Positions 1 to 12,500 of a DNA stretch of 64,000 bases are shown here, in pieces (position 1 is the first letter of the stretch; each line of letters begins with the position of its first letter). Made by a program: the position numbers and the translations under genes. The notes beneath the pieces were generated by a model. The model saw nothing but the letters and a program-made list of their open reading frames with translations, was not told where the DNA came from and did no database searches. The DNA comes from a virus. The stretch lies in the IMG/VR virus record IMGVR_UViG_3300044646_003076; one strand, written 5' to 3'.

Positions 1-3000
1 ACGGTTCAATTAAATCAAGAATTTAATGAATTATCGGAATTCCCATTTGAAGTGGGTGAAGGTGTTCTAATTGAAAATGTGATCGTAGGAGAAAATGAGA
101 AGGGATATAATTCTTCTGGATACGATTATACACTCTTCACAATTAAAAATATTGATCCAAATATTGGTGGTATTGGTGCGACATTTGGATATAGTATGTC
201 AGACATTCTTGAACAAAATGAAGTTTTGGGGATTTATACTGGACAAACTCTAAAAGGGAATGCCGTACCAGAAAAATACTTACCAACTTTTAATGTTTCT
301 GTTAATCAAACAGAATTTGTTATTGGTGAGAATATCCATTGCGATGGTTCTAGTGGTATTATCGTTGATCAAAATTTAAGCAATAATTTTATCAAAGTTC
401 TAACCAAAGATGATCTAAAAATTGGAAGTAAATTAACAGGACAAACTTCTAAGACTAATATTATTATTTCCGATATTGTAGACTTTGAAGGTTATTTAAA
501 TGTCAAATCAACTTCTACCGTTATTGATGGTTGGAAAAGAGAAACGGGTTTCTTTAATAATAATTTACAGCGCATCCACGATAATGATTATTATCAGTAT
601 TTTTCATATTCTTTAAGTTCTGATGTTGAATACTCCAAGTGGAATGAAGTTGTTAGCGATCTGGTGCATCCAGCAGGATTCAAGAAATTTAGTGATTTAA
701 CTGTTTATTGTGAATCACCAGAAACCGAGTTCGCTAGTACACTTGATGTTGAAGTTACTCCTATTGTTGATATTGAAATTGATCTAAATCTTAACTGTGT
801 TGATAATTTTGATCTAGTTAGAGAAAATTCATTTATTATTGATGATGAATTAGCGTCCAATGAGATATATTTTAATTCAACATTATTGCAAGATTATGTG
901 GAATCCATTGGTAATAGAGTTATAAGTATTGATGACTTTGTTCTAGATTTTTCTAATCCACCGAATGATATTGAATCAGTGGCATTAGATTCATTCAATA
1001 AAAACGACTATTACTATAAGCGCTATTTTATTTCAGTTCGGGATAAATGGTATCAAGAAAAATCCAATCTTATTATTGTCAACGTTCTCCACAATAATAC
1101 TGAGGTTGATAGCAATCAATATGCCGAATTATACACTGAGGATTCTTTTGGATATTTTGATGCCACACTCACTAATAATAATTGTGACCTCCAATTCTAT
1201 CCTGAAGATTTTGAGGGTTCCAATTATTACCTAGAATCGCTGTCTTATGGCATTGGAAAAAATACATTAGGTGTCTCAACTGTCAATCTTGGAAATATGG
1301 CTCGGATTGAATATTCAGGTTCAATTCACCCAGTTGGAATTGCTACAACAACTATCGTCGGTATTTCATCTTCAATTCTGGCAGCTAAAATTATTGTTGG
1401 AATTGCTTACACCAATAATTCTCATTATGAGGTTGATGAACTTAATCTCGTTCATAATGGATCAACAATTAGACTTGTTAATTATGGAGAACTTGTTTTA
1501 TCATCAATCTCTTCGGGTATCGGAACTTATTACGCTTATTACACTGGAAATAAAATCAATATTGATCTGATTCCAAATGTTGTAGGAACTGGTACTCAAT
1601 ATTATTTGAATACCATAACCAATACTATCAGTAATATAGTCGGAGTCGGCTCAACCGCGATAGGTCAAAGTATTATTGTTTCATCTGCTAGTACGACATC
1701 CTTAGGTATTGCAACAGAAGTAGTCAGATATTCTAACAATAATAGTGGATCTTATAGTATTGTTTCTATTGATAATCTAACAAATTTAACTTCGTCGGTT
1801 GTTGAATTTACATCCCTTTATAATAAAAAAACCAACAATACGGTTTACACTTCTTATGCCGAGAATGTAACGAACGGTTCCTTAGGAATCATCAGCAGTT
1901 ATGTGAAAAATGATAACATTATTGTTGAATTCAAACCTAATAATTCGGATTCATATTCAATTAGAGCAATCAATAATATTCTAGCTACATCTCAAGACAA
2001 AACTTCAGTTGGAGTTAATACATCATTTGTTATTGAAACCGATTACTCTCAATATGACGCTAGAAATTATGGTTTCGTGGATAATTTTGAAGCTCTCCAT
2101 AATGAAAATCCTATTTTCTCAAAAACTTTTAATGGAGAATCGGTTAATAATGTTTTAATTTCAGAAAATAAAATCCGACTTCCTAATCACTATTTTGTTA
2201 GTGGTGAAGAAGTTACTTATGAATATGATTCATCTCCGATTGGAATCGGTACTACTTTTATTGTTGGTATTGGCATAACTACGAAATTACCATCTAAGAT
2301 CTTTATTATTAAGGTTGATGATCTTGATGTGAAAGTTGCAGCATCTGCGAGTGAGGCACTTTCTCTACCACCTAAACCATTGACGATAACTTCAATCGGA
2401 ATAGGTAGCCAACATAAAGTAACATCAACATCCCAGACTAATAGATCTTTGGTGACTGTTGACAATATGATTCAATCTCCATTCGTATCAACAGCTCAAA
2501 CTTCATTTACCGTCAAGTCTGTTGGATTATTTGATAGTGAGATATCCCTTAATAGTATTGAGAACTTTGCTTCCGGTGATTTTCTTAAGATCCAAAATGA
2601 ATATGTAAAAGTTCTTTCCGTTGGAATAGGTTCAACTAATGTATTACTGGTTGATAGAGCAAAATTAGGTTCTTCGTTGTCCCAGTATTCTCAAAATACA
2701 ACCATAACTAAGGTAAAAGGAAACTATATTATAAACAATAATAGAATTTATTATGATTCAATAAATTCTAATCAATCTATGGATGGTGACTCTTCTTATA
2801 CTTTTGGTGGTAGAGTCTTTAATCGTACAGGTGAACCTGGATCTAGTAATAAAACCTATTTTGACAACTATATTTTTGATGATATAACAGATAATTTTAA
2901 TGGTAGCAATAAAGTCTTTAAATTGAAAGTTGATAATAGTGAAATTGAAACACATGATAATCGTAATGCAGTTGTACTCATTAATGGAATTTTCCAACAT

Positions 3001-4896
3001 CCAGGTCAAGAGTACACCATTACTGAAAATTTAGGAATTTCTTCCATATCTTTTATTGGATCCGCTAGTTCTGTATCATATGACGTGAATACTGCGACCA
3101 TTCCTAGAGGAGGAACTATTGTTTCCTTTGCTACCACTCAAGGGTTTGGTTATCAACCACTCGTTTCAGCCGGAGGAACTGCTGTTGTTTCTCTCGCTGG
3201 TTCTATTCAATCTATTTCTATTGGTAATAGTGGTTCTGGTTATAGAGTTGGTATTCAGACAGTAAGAGTTGGAATTCAAACACAAAATCTAGAGTCCACA
3301 TCAATAACATATGTTGGTGTTGCTAGTATTTCTAATGGTAACATTGTTAGTGTAGCAATAACAAATCCAGGTGTAGGTTACACAGCTTCTAGCGCCAACG
3401 TTATTTTTGATGCACCACTACCATACTCAAACATTCCATTAATCTCCTCGGGAGTAGGAACGGGTGCAAGTATTTCAATTGTTGTTGGGCAAGGTAGTAG
3501 TATTATTGATTATGAATTAACAAATACTGGTTATGGGTATAACAGTGGTGAAGAATTATCCCTGATGGTTGGTATTCCGACCACACCTGGACCTTTTGTT
3601 CCATTTAAGTTGAAAGTTGATGATACTTTTGATGATCAGTTTTCTTCCTGGGTTATTGGTGATTTACAGCCGCTTGATTCTTTTGATTCGTTCTTTGATG
3701 GTAGAAGAAGAAATTTCCAATTGAGAATATCAAATACTCCTATTTCAATTCAGAAAAATCCAGGGTCAACTCTAGATCTGGATCATACATTATTGATTTT
3801 TATTAATGATGTCTTACAGATTCCCGGTGTTTCTTATATCTTTAATGGTGGTAGTGTTGTACGATTTATTGAATCACCAAAAGCTACTGATAAATCTAAG
3901 ATCTTATTCTATCGTGGTACGAGTCAATATGACGTTGCCAATGTAGATGTAATAGAAGAGCTTAAAATTGGGGATAATGTACTAATTAATAGTGAAGATT
4001 TAGATTATCAACAAAGTGATCGTCTCATTACCGATATTCTTTCAACAGAAACAGTGGAAACCTATTTTTATAATGGTTCAGGAATATCTGATGATGAATC
4101 TAGAACTCGTCCGATAACACTCTGTCGCCAAACCGAAGATCTTATTATAAATGGTCAAGTGATAGGTAAAAATAGAACTTTTTATGATACATTAATAAAT
4201 CCTACAACAAAACTGATTTCTTCGGTGAGCATCGGTGCAACTCAAATATTTGTTGAAAATGTTAGAGCATTTTTTGATAATAAAAAAGAGTACCAAGAAA
4301 CCGATACTCCACAAAAAACCGTACAAATTATTTCACAAGATGATAATAATTTAAAATATGAGACTTTAACTACTGTTAAATACGATGGTGATTATGGTGT
4401 TATTTCTGGTATTAAAACTGCTCCAATTGGTATTGGATCTACAGGAATTGTATTCCAACTTTATATTCCACAAGAATCGCCATTAAGAATTGATTCTTAT
4501 GTTAATGGTGGTGTGAGCGGAATTAAAACAGGATATTATTTTAGTGTCAATAATTCCAATCTATCTAACGGTATTATATCACTGAATAATAATGAAACGG
4601 TAGTGGGTGTTGGTACAACATTCTTAAACAACGTTTACCGAGCATATTCAGTTTCTATTGCTCAGACTTCTGTTCCAGGTGTCGGAATTACCAATGTGGT
4701 TGAGGTTACAGCAAAAGTAGATCGTTTTGTGAGCGGAGTAGGAATTAGTAATTATTATGGAAATTATAGTTGGGGTAGATTGTATGACTACCTTAGAATT
4801 GATCCTAAAGAGTTTTTAGTAAATAATAGTGGCTTATCAACAGCCCCAATTGTTCAAAGAGCTAAAACAATAAAAACTGATAACTATTACAGCTAA
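1..4896 (+). CDS. gp7: Baseplate wedge initiator-like large structural protein, 5'-partial (frame 1 is open back to base 1)
   Basis: Contains the GW..ETGFFN..QRIHDNDYYQYFSYSL..W..V..LVHPAGFKKF motif of cyanophage gp7 and repeated DDI...FNG...F.L modules. Lies immediately upstream of gp8. No stop codon between base 1 and the track start at 52. Confidence 0.75.
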   Translation, partial: TVQLNQEFNELSEFPFEVGEGVLIENVIVGENEKGYNSSGYDYTLFTIKNIDPNIGGIGATFGYSMSDILEQNEVLGIYTGQTLKGNAVPEKYLPTFNVSVNQTEFVIGENIHCDGSSGIIVDQNLSNNFIKVLTKDDLKIGSKLTGQTSKTNIIISDIVDFEGYLNVKSTSTVIDGWKRETGFFNNNLQRIHDNDYYQYFSYSLSSDVEYSKWNEVVSDLVHPAGFKKFSDLTVYCESPETEFASTLDVEVTPIVDIEIDLNLNCVDNFDLVRENSFIIDDELASNEIYFNSTLLQDYVESIGNRVISIDDFVLDFSNPPNDIESVALDSFNKNDYYYKRYFISVRDKWYQEKSNLIIVNVLHNNTEVDSNQYAELYTEDSFGYFDATLTNNNCDLQFYPEDFEGSNYYLESLSYGIGKNTLGVSTVNLGNMARIEYSGSIHPVGIATTTIVGISSSILAAKIIVGIAYTNNSHYEVDELNLVHNGSTIRLVNYGELVLSSISSGIGTYYAYYTGNKINIDLIPNVVGTGTQYYLNTITNTISNIVGVGSTAIGQSIIVSSASTTSLGIATEVVRYSNNNSGSYSIVSIDNLTNLTSSVVEFTSLYNKKTNNTVYTSYAENVTNGSLGIISSYVKNDNIIVEFKPNNSDSYSIRAINNILATSQDKTSVGVNTSFVIETDYSQYDARNYGFVDNFEALHNENPIFSKTFNGESVNNVLISENKIRLPNHYFVSGEEVTYEYDSSPIGIGTTFIVGIGITTKLPSKIFIIKVDDLDVKVAASASEALSLPPKPLTITSIGIGSQHKVTSTSQTNRSLVTVDNMIQSPFVSTAQTSFTVKSVGLFDSEISLNSIENFASGDFLKIQNEYVKVLSVGIGSTNVLLVDRAKLGSSLSQYSQNTTITKVKGNYIINNNRIYYDSINSNQSMDGDSSYTFGGRVFNRTGEPGSSNKTYFDNYIFDDITDNFNGSNKVFKLKVDNSEIETHDNRNAVVLINGIFQHPGQEYTITENLGISSISFIGSASSVSYDVNTATIPRGGTIVSFATTQGFGYQPLVSAGGTAVVSLAGSIQSISIGNSGSGYRVGIQTVRVGIQTQNLESTSITYVGVASISNGNIVSVAITNPGVGYTASSANVIFDAPLPYSNIPLISSGVGTGASISIVVGQGSSIIDYELTNTGYGYNSGEELSLMVGIPTTPGPFVPFKLKVDDTFDDQFSSWVIGDLQPLDSFDSFFDGRRRNFQLRISNTPISIQKNPGSTLDLDHTLLIFINDVLQIPGVSYIFNGGSVVRFIESPKATDKSKILFYRGTSQYDVANVDVIEELKIGDNVLINSEDLDYQQSDRLITDILSTETVETYFYNGSGISDDESRTRPITLCRQTEDLIINGQVIGKNRTFYDTLINPTTKLISSVSIGATQIFVENVRAFFDNKKEYQETDTPQKTVQIISQDDNNLKYETLTTVKYDGDYGVISGIKTAPIGIGSTGIVFQLYIPQESPLRIDSYVNGGVSGIKTGYYFSVNNSNLSNGIISLNNNETVVGVGTTFLNNVYRAYSVSIAQTSVPGVGITNVVEVTAKVDRFVSGVGISNYYGNYSWGRLYDYLRIDPKEFLVNNSGLSTAPIVQRAKTIKTDNYYS

Positions 4897-4899
4897 ATA
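4894..4899 (+). promoter_or_regulatory. gp55-dependent late promoter (CTAAATA) for gp8
   Basis: TAAATA core 18 nt before the ATG; the same motif recurs before most structural genes. Confidence 0.7.
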
Positions 4900-4916
4900 A
4901 GTAAAAACATTAAGAA

Positions 4917-6503
4917 ATGGCGTCCATTAAAAGGGATAAATTAAGAATAACCAACGCTAAGCAATTCGTTGTCGGTATAACCACAACTACGAATTCTTAT
5001 TATACTTTTATTGGTCTTTTGAATCCCGAAGCATATAAGTCAGATTGGAATATATCTCCTCAGTTACCTAGAGATAATTTTTCAGAAGAGAATGATTATT
5101 GGGACACCATGATCGCTCTTAAAAAAGTGAAGGTTGATGATGTTCGGATGATTGTTAAAAAAAATGTCTGGACTTCGGGTACAGTCTATGATATGTACCG
5201 CCATGATATTAGTGTTGTTAATACAGCTAAACCTTCTGGTGCAACTAGCCTTTTTACATCCAATTACTACGCTATTAATAGTAATTACGATGTGTATATT
5301 TGTTTGAATAATGGAACTAATCCCGAATATCCATCTGGTAGACCTTCATTAGATGAACCATTTTCCAAAGATTTAGAACCAACAACACCCGGAACAAGTG
5401 GTGATGGTTATGTTTGGAAGTATCTTTACACAATTAAACCCAGTGATATTATCAAGTTTGATAGTAAATTTTATATTCCGCTCCCGAGAGAATGGGGCGC
5501 TGATTCTCAAACATCATTAGTAAAAAATAATGCGATCACTAGCGGACAACTTAAAACAGTAGTTATTAAAAATCGCGGTCTTAATGTAGGAACACCCAAT
5601 TCAACCTACGCGAATGTACCCATTAAAGGTGATGGTTCGGGTGCTCTCGCAACAATCGTAGTCAATAATGATTCTAAAGTTGATTCAATAACGGTATCAA
5701 GTGGTGGTAGTAATTATACTTATGGTAGTGTAGACTTAACGGGTGGTGGAGTTCCTCTTGGTACCACTAGACCCGAATTTGATGTTATAATTCCTCCTTC
5801 TGGTGGACATGGATTTGACATTTATAATGAATTGGGTTCTTATCGGGTGATGGTTCAAGTTCAAAATGAAAACGATGAAACTAATCCCGACTTTATTCAA
5901 CAAAATGAATTTTCTAGAGTAGGATTGATTCAGAATCCACAAAAATTTAACTCTAATACTCTCTTAACCGATGATAAAGTTAGTGCTCTTTATGCCTTAA
6001 AACTTGTTGGTATCACAAGTGTCAATGACTACAAAAACGCTAAATTTACTCAAGATAGTATTATCACCCAGACTATTGGAACTGGTATTACGGCTGCAGG
6101 TAGAGTTGCATCTTATGATTACTCAACTGGAGTTCTTAAGTATTGGCAAGATCGTAGTTTGGTAGGATTTAACACAGATGGAACTCAAAATAATACTCCA
6201 ATCTATGGATTTAATCTAAACAGATTTACTCCCAATATAACATCCGGTGGCTCATTGGTGATTTCAGGTGAGTCTAATAATTTGAATCTTAAAATTGATT
6301 CTTCTTTTGGTACAGAAAGTAATCCGGGTATAACCACAGTAATAAATAATAGAACATATCAATTAGGACAATCTTTTATTGGTGGTGTTTCCCAACCCGA
6401 AGTTAAAAAATACTCTGGGGATATCTTAGTTGTTGAGAATAGGGCACCAGTTCCTAGATCACCAAGCCAAAAAGAACATATCAAAATTAACATTCAATTC
6501 TAA
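4917..6503 (+). CDS. gp8: Baseplate wedge subunit
   Basis: YWDTMIALKKV..DDVRMIVKKNVWTSGTVYDMYRHD, YDVYICLNNG and GDGYVWKYLYTI motifs; C-terminal ENRAPVPRS..QKEHIKINIQF; synteny after gp7. Confidence 0.9.
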   Translation: MASIKRDKLRITNAKQFVVGITTTTNSYYTFIGLLNPEAYKSDWNISPQLPRDNFSEENDYWDTMIALKKVKVDDVRMIVKKNVWTSGTVYDMYRHDISVVNTAKPSGATSLFTSNYYAINSNYDVYICLNNGTNPEYPSGRPSLDEPFSKDLEPTTPGTSGDGYVWKYLYTIKPSDIIKFDSKFYIPLPREWGADSQTSLVKNNAITSGQLKTVVIKNRGLNVGTPNSTYANVPIKGDGSGALATIVVNNDSKVDSITVSSGGSNYTYGSVDLTGGGVPLGTTRPEFDVIIPPSGGHGFDIYNELGSYRVMVQVQNENDETNPDFIQQNEFSRVGLIQNPQKFNSNTLLTDDKVSALYALKLVGITSVNDYKNAKFTQDSIITQTIGTGITAAGRVASYDYSTGVLKYWQDRSLVGFNTDGTQNNTPIYGFNLNRFTPNITSGGSLVISGESNNLNLKIDSSFGTESNPGITTVINNRTYQLGQSFIGGVSQPEVKKYSGDILVVENRAPVPRSPSQKEHIKINIQF

Positions 6504-6508
6504 TTACA

Positions 6509-9500
6509 ATGCCACAAGAGACCAACTTAAACGTATCTCCATATTTTGATGATTTTGACAAGGATAAAAAGTATTATAAGGTTTTAATAAAACCCGAATC
6601 TCCAGTACAAGCAAGAGAGATCAATAATCTTCAGTCTATTTTTCAAAATCAAATTGAGTCTCTAGGTGATCACATTTTTAGAGAAGGCGCAAAAGTCATT
6701 CCTGGACAAACGAGTTATAATCGCTACTATAATGCTGTTGAACTTGAAAACAGTTTTTCTGGAGTAGATTTAGAAACTTATCTTTCATTCATAGTTGGAA
6801 AGAAAATCATCGGATCAACTTCCGGCGTTGAAGCTGTTATTGATAGTGCTATCACATCTAATGAATCTGAACGGAATAATGTAACCATTTACGTTAATTA
6901 TCTATCAGCAAGTAGTGTTAATAATTCAACATTAACTTTTCTTGACGGAGAGAATCTTTTAATTCAAGAAAGTATTATCACTTCCTCTATTGCTTTTGAG
7001 GCCGGACAGGCAATAGCTAAAACTATCTCACTGAGTAGTAATTCTCTATCATCAACTTTTACTGTCTCTGAAGGTGTTTATTATCTTCGTGGGCATTTTG
7101 TTGTTGTAGATACTCAGACATTAATTCTAGATCAATACGATAATAATCCAACTTATAAGATTGGATTTACTATTGAAGAAGAAATTATAACTTCCGATAT
7201 TGATCCTTCACTCACCGATAATGCAAAAGGATTCAATAACTATGCCGCTCCTGGTGCAGATAGATTTAAAATAACAGCAATTCTGGATAAAAAGGAAATC
7301 GGTGATACACTCTCCGATAATTTTGTAGAGATTACTAGAATAGAAAATGGAATTATTCGTAATAATCCTAATGATCCATTATACAATATTATTGAGGAAA
7401 AGTTTGCAAAAAGAACTTATGACGAATCAGGTGATTACTACGTTCGTAGATATGATGTTTCCTGTGAAGAGTCTTTAAATAATAGAATTGGAAATAATGG
7501 TATCTTTTTTGAAGGTGCCAAGACCTATCAGGGTAATACTCCTTCAGATGATCTCGCAATCTATAAAGTATCTCCTGGTAAAGCTTATGTTAGAGGATAT
7601 GAAGTAGAAATAAATGCTCCAACTTTCTTAGATATCACAAAACCTAGAACCACGAAAGTTATTGGAAACCAGTCATTAATTTATTCAACTGGAACGACTC
7701 TCTCATTAAACAATGTTTACGGTACACCTGAGATCGGTATTGGTAATACATTCACTCTTTCTCTTAGAGATTCAAGAATAGGTGTTGGTCTTTCTACTGC
7801 ATCGGGTGATGAAATTGGTTTGGCCAGAGTGTATGATTATGCACTAGAATCTGGTTCTTATCAAACATTATTAACAACCAATGTTTGGGATCTAACACTT
7901 TATGATATTCAACCTTATACTAAGATAACACTCAACCAACCAGCCACGATTTCAACACCTGCTTATTTCGTCGGTAATTCTAGCGGTGCTACTGGTTATC
8001 TCAAAACCAGTATTAGTAATTCATCCAATGTTGTTCTTTATAATGTTTCTGGTAAGTTTGTTGAAAATGAATCATTTACTATCAATAATATTACAAACAG
8101 TAGAATTGGTACCGCTGTTACATCTTATGGTATTTCGGATGTTAAATCTGTTTATGGTTCTTCTACATATGGTCCTTTTAATGGTGACGTTGTTCAAACA
8201 GATTTCTTATCCGTTGGTATCTGCTCTATTACTGCAGAAGTTGCAAATGAATCCACAATTACGATCAGTGGTTTAAACTATATTAATAGCTTCAATAAAA
8301 ATGATCTTGTTAGATTCTCATTACCAACTCAAGGTACATTACCTTTTGTTGCGAAAGTAAAATCTTTTAGTAATACCAGTCAAGCTACTAATCTTGTTGT
8401 TACTGGAGTTACTACAGTTGCTGGAGTTTATGATGGTAAGTTACCTTCCAGTGGAACTAATCTTACAGATTTAACTCTTATTAAGACTAGCACCGGTTCG
8501 GGTAATCAAACTCAACTTTATACTCCACTCTCTAGACAAAATGTTAGAAATGTTGATCTAAGTGAATCTAATCTCATTATCAGGAAGCAGTATAAAGTAA
8601 ACATTACTACAAATTCTACTAATACACTAACTGCTGGGGATGATTACTTTTTCTTACCATATGACGAAGAGCGTTATTCACTAATTCGCTCTGATGGTGT
8701 TGTTGAACCTCTAACCTCTGATAAGTTTGATATCTCTTCTGGCGGTAAACAGCTCACTATTAATGGTTTGGGGTCCAATGATACCAATTCAGTTTTAATT
8801 ACTACACAGAGAAAAATTAACGTAACAGCTAAAGTAAAGCAAAAACAGAGAGTTAATTCAATCGTTATTGATAAATCTTCGCTGCCTTCTTCTGGTATTG
8901 GAACTACTACCCGCAATGATAAACTCATTTACGGTAATTATCCTTATGGTACTAGAGTTCAAGATACGGAAATTTCATTAAATGTTCCTGATGTTATTGT
9001 GGTTCATGGTATTTTTGAATCACAAAATTTAGAAGAACCAACGGCACCTAAAATGGTTCTTTCTAATATCAGTCCAACCAATAATACTAGCGCAATTCTT
9101 ATTGGTGAACAATTTATTGGACAGACGAGTGGCGCAGTTGCAATCTGCGCGGATATTGTGGATAGCGACGAGATTCATTTTATCTATAAAAACAGCACGG
9201 TATTCCAAACTGGTGAAGTTGTATCCTTTAAGGAATCACAACTAACAGCGAAAGTTAGTCAGATTACCTCCAACAGCAAGAACATTACAAATTCTTATCT
9301 CTTTGATAATGGACAAAGAGAATCATATTATGATTATAGTAAAATTATCAGAAGATCTGGTGCATTAGAGCCACAATCAAAAATTATTGTTTATTTTGAT
9401 AATCTCACATATAGCAGTCAAGATGCAGGTGATATTACTACGGCATCATCTTACATAACTTTTGATTATAAGAACGATATTCAATCTCATAATAATATAA

Positions 9501-12500
9501 GAAATACTGATATTGTTGATATTAGACCCAGAGTTGATAATTACACTGTTCAAATAGATGCGAGATCACCTTTTGAATTTGAAGGTAGAAAATTCACACA
9601 AACAGGAAACTCGTCCACTAATATTCTTGCTTCAGACGAAGAATTAATTCTCAACTTTGATTATTATCAACCGAGAATTGATAGAATTTTTCTCAATAAA
9701 GAAGGGAACTTTATTGTTCAAAAGGGAACACCTTCTGATGAACCAGCACTACCCCAATCCGTAGATGATTCTATTGAAATTGCAAAGGTATTTTTACCAG
9801 CATATCTCTATGACACAAACAAAGCTTCAGTAACACAATATGATTATAAGAGATATCAGATGTCTGATATCTCAAAACTAGAGACAAGAATTAAAAATCT
9901 TGAAGCCTACACCACATTATCTCTTCTTGAAACCGAAACGTCCAATCTTTTTATTCCTGATGCTAGTAATCCAGGTCTAAACCGTTTTAAATCGGGTTTC
10001 TTTGTTGATAATTTTAAAACTTTAACCGCACAAGATGAAAGTGTTGGTATAAGAAATGCCGTAGATCCTAAAAATGGAGGAATGAGACCATCTCACTATA
10101 CTTCTTCAATTCCTCTTGTAATCGGAACAAAAGAACTTCTTGGTGTTGGGAGTACAACCAATATTGATTATTCCAATATTACCACAAGCGATATTTTGGG
10201 TGATAATATTCAAAAAACAGGTGATATTATTACCCTGAAATATAATAGTATTAAATGGTTAGAACAACCATTCGCTACTCGTGTTGAAAATGTACAACCT
10301 TTCATTCTTAGTTTCTGGGAAGGAACACTTTCTCTTAATCCCTCTTCTGATATTTGGGTTGATACAGTAAGACTTAATCCCAAAACAATTCAAGTAGAAG
10401 GTGATTATCTCGCTACTCTTAACAGATTGGTCGCTTCTAATGGTATAAATGCTCAAACAGGAATCGGTCCTACTATCTGGGGTTCATGGTCATTACTCGG
10501 TTATGGTAATCCTCGCTGGGTAAGAAGCTCTGGATTCACTAATGGTATTCCTTCAGTATTTCAAGGAAGAAGCGTATTGGGTCCGGCTCGCTGGTCTGGA
10601 CATGCAGTAGATTCAGTCAGTAGTGGTATTATTCCTACCACTGGTCTATATGTGGAAGCTAGAGATTCATTTTCTTCACGAACCGGATCCCAGATGATCG
10701 TATCTGAAATATTTGATACTAGATCTCTTGGTGATTCGGTAGTGGCGGTTGATATTCTTCCAAATATGAGATCCCGGAATATTGAATTCCGATGCTCAGG
10801 TATGCAAAAAGGAATATTAGTGTATCCTTTCTTTGAAGGTGTAGATGTGAGCCGTTATTGTTTCCCTAAACTACTTGAGATCTCAATGACCTCAGGCACT
10901 TTCATTATCGGTGAAACAGTAAGAATTAAAACAACAGCTAATAATATTGAAGGATATTTCCGTATTGCACAACCTAATCATAAAAATGGAGGATTTAATT
11001 CACCTTCAGAATTTTATTCAAGTGAACCTTATCGCAATACCGTATTACCTACTTCTTATACCTCAACATCAACTATTCTTAATGTTGATACTGGATCACT
11101 GGCTCTCAAATCACAGGGCAATTATTATGGTAAAGTTCAGAATGGGTTTATTCTTATTGGCGAGAGTAGTGGTGCAGAAGCAACTGTTTCTGAGCTGAGA
11201 TTGGTTACTGATAATAACGGAGAAATTGTTGGTTCTTTTTATATTCCAGATCCTAATATTCCAGAGAATCCAGTATTTTCCACAGGCACCAAGATCTTTA
11301 AACTAACCAGTAATGTAACAAACACTCCAATTAAAGGGAGTCCGTTAAGTGCAGCAGAGTCTAAATTCTTTGCTGAAGGTAAGAGGCAATCTATCCAAGA
11401 AAAAGTTCTTTCTGTTAGAAACGCTTCCGTTACTACCAGAACATTCACGGAAACTAAATCGGAAGAAGTCTTCACTGGTCTTTATATTGATCCTCTCGCA
11501 CAATCTTTCTCATGTGATGAACCAACTGGTGTATATCTTACACATGTTGATGTCTACTTTGAGTCCAAGGATGCATCTATTCCAGTTAGATGCCAAATCA
11601 GAACGATGGAGCTTGGTACTCCAACTCAGACAATTCTTCCATTCAGTGAGATTTCCCTGAATCCAGATGATGTCAATATTTCTTCTGATGGTTCAGTATC
11701 AACAACTTTTAAATTCAGTTCTCCTGTTTATATTGAACCGGGTCAAGAAAACGCATTTGTTTTACTTTCTAACTCAACATCTTATAGAGTCTGGATTTCT
11801 AGACTTGGTGAACGCGATGTGTTTAGTAAAAAAATAGTTGAGACTCAACCAACTTTAGGATCCCTATTTAAGTCTCAAAATGCATCAACTTGGACACCTA
11901 GCCAATTTGAAGATCTTAAGTTCACTCTTTATCGGGCAGAGTTTGCTACCACTTCTGGATATGTGAATTTCTATAATCCAGATCTCAATGAAGCTAATTC
12001 ACAGATTCCTATTCTTACCAATAATCCATTAGATCTTATCTCAAGAAAAGTTAGACTTGGACTTGCAGTAACTATCACAGAAAGCGATAATAACTTTAAA
12101 TATGGACAAACAGTATATCAACCTAGCACCAATGCTCAGGGTATATACATTTCAAAAGTAGGATTAGCAACAGGGGGAACATCAAATGGTGGTTTAACAA
12201 TAACTTCTGCTGGAATTGGTTATACTCCAACATCAGGTACTCTCACGTATAATAATATTTCACTTTCACCAATAACCGGATCTGGACGCAACGCAACAGC
12301 CAATATCACTATTTCCAATGGTGTTGCAATTGGCGCAACCGTTGTTAATAGTGGAACTGGTTATCAAGTGGGCGACGTATTAACCGCCACACAAATTGGA
12401 GCAAATGCCTTAGGTAGAAATCTTAGAATCTCTATTGGTAATGTAACACAATTTAATGAACTCGTTCTTGATAATGTCCAAGGTAATTTTGCTACGGGAG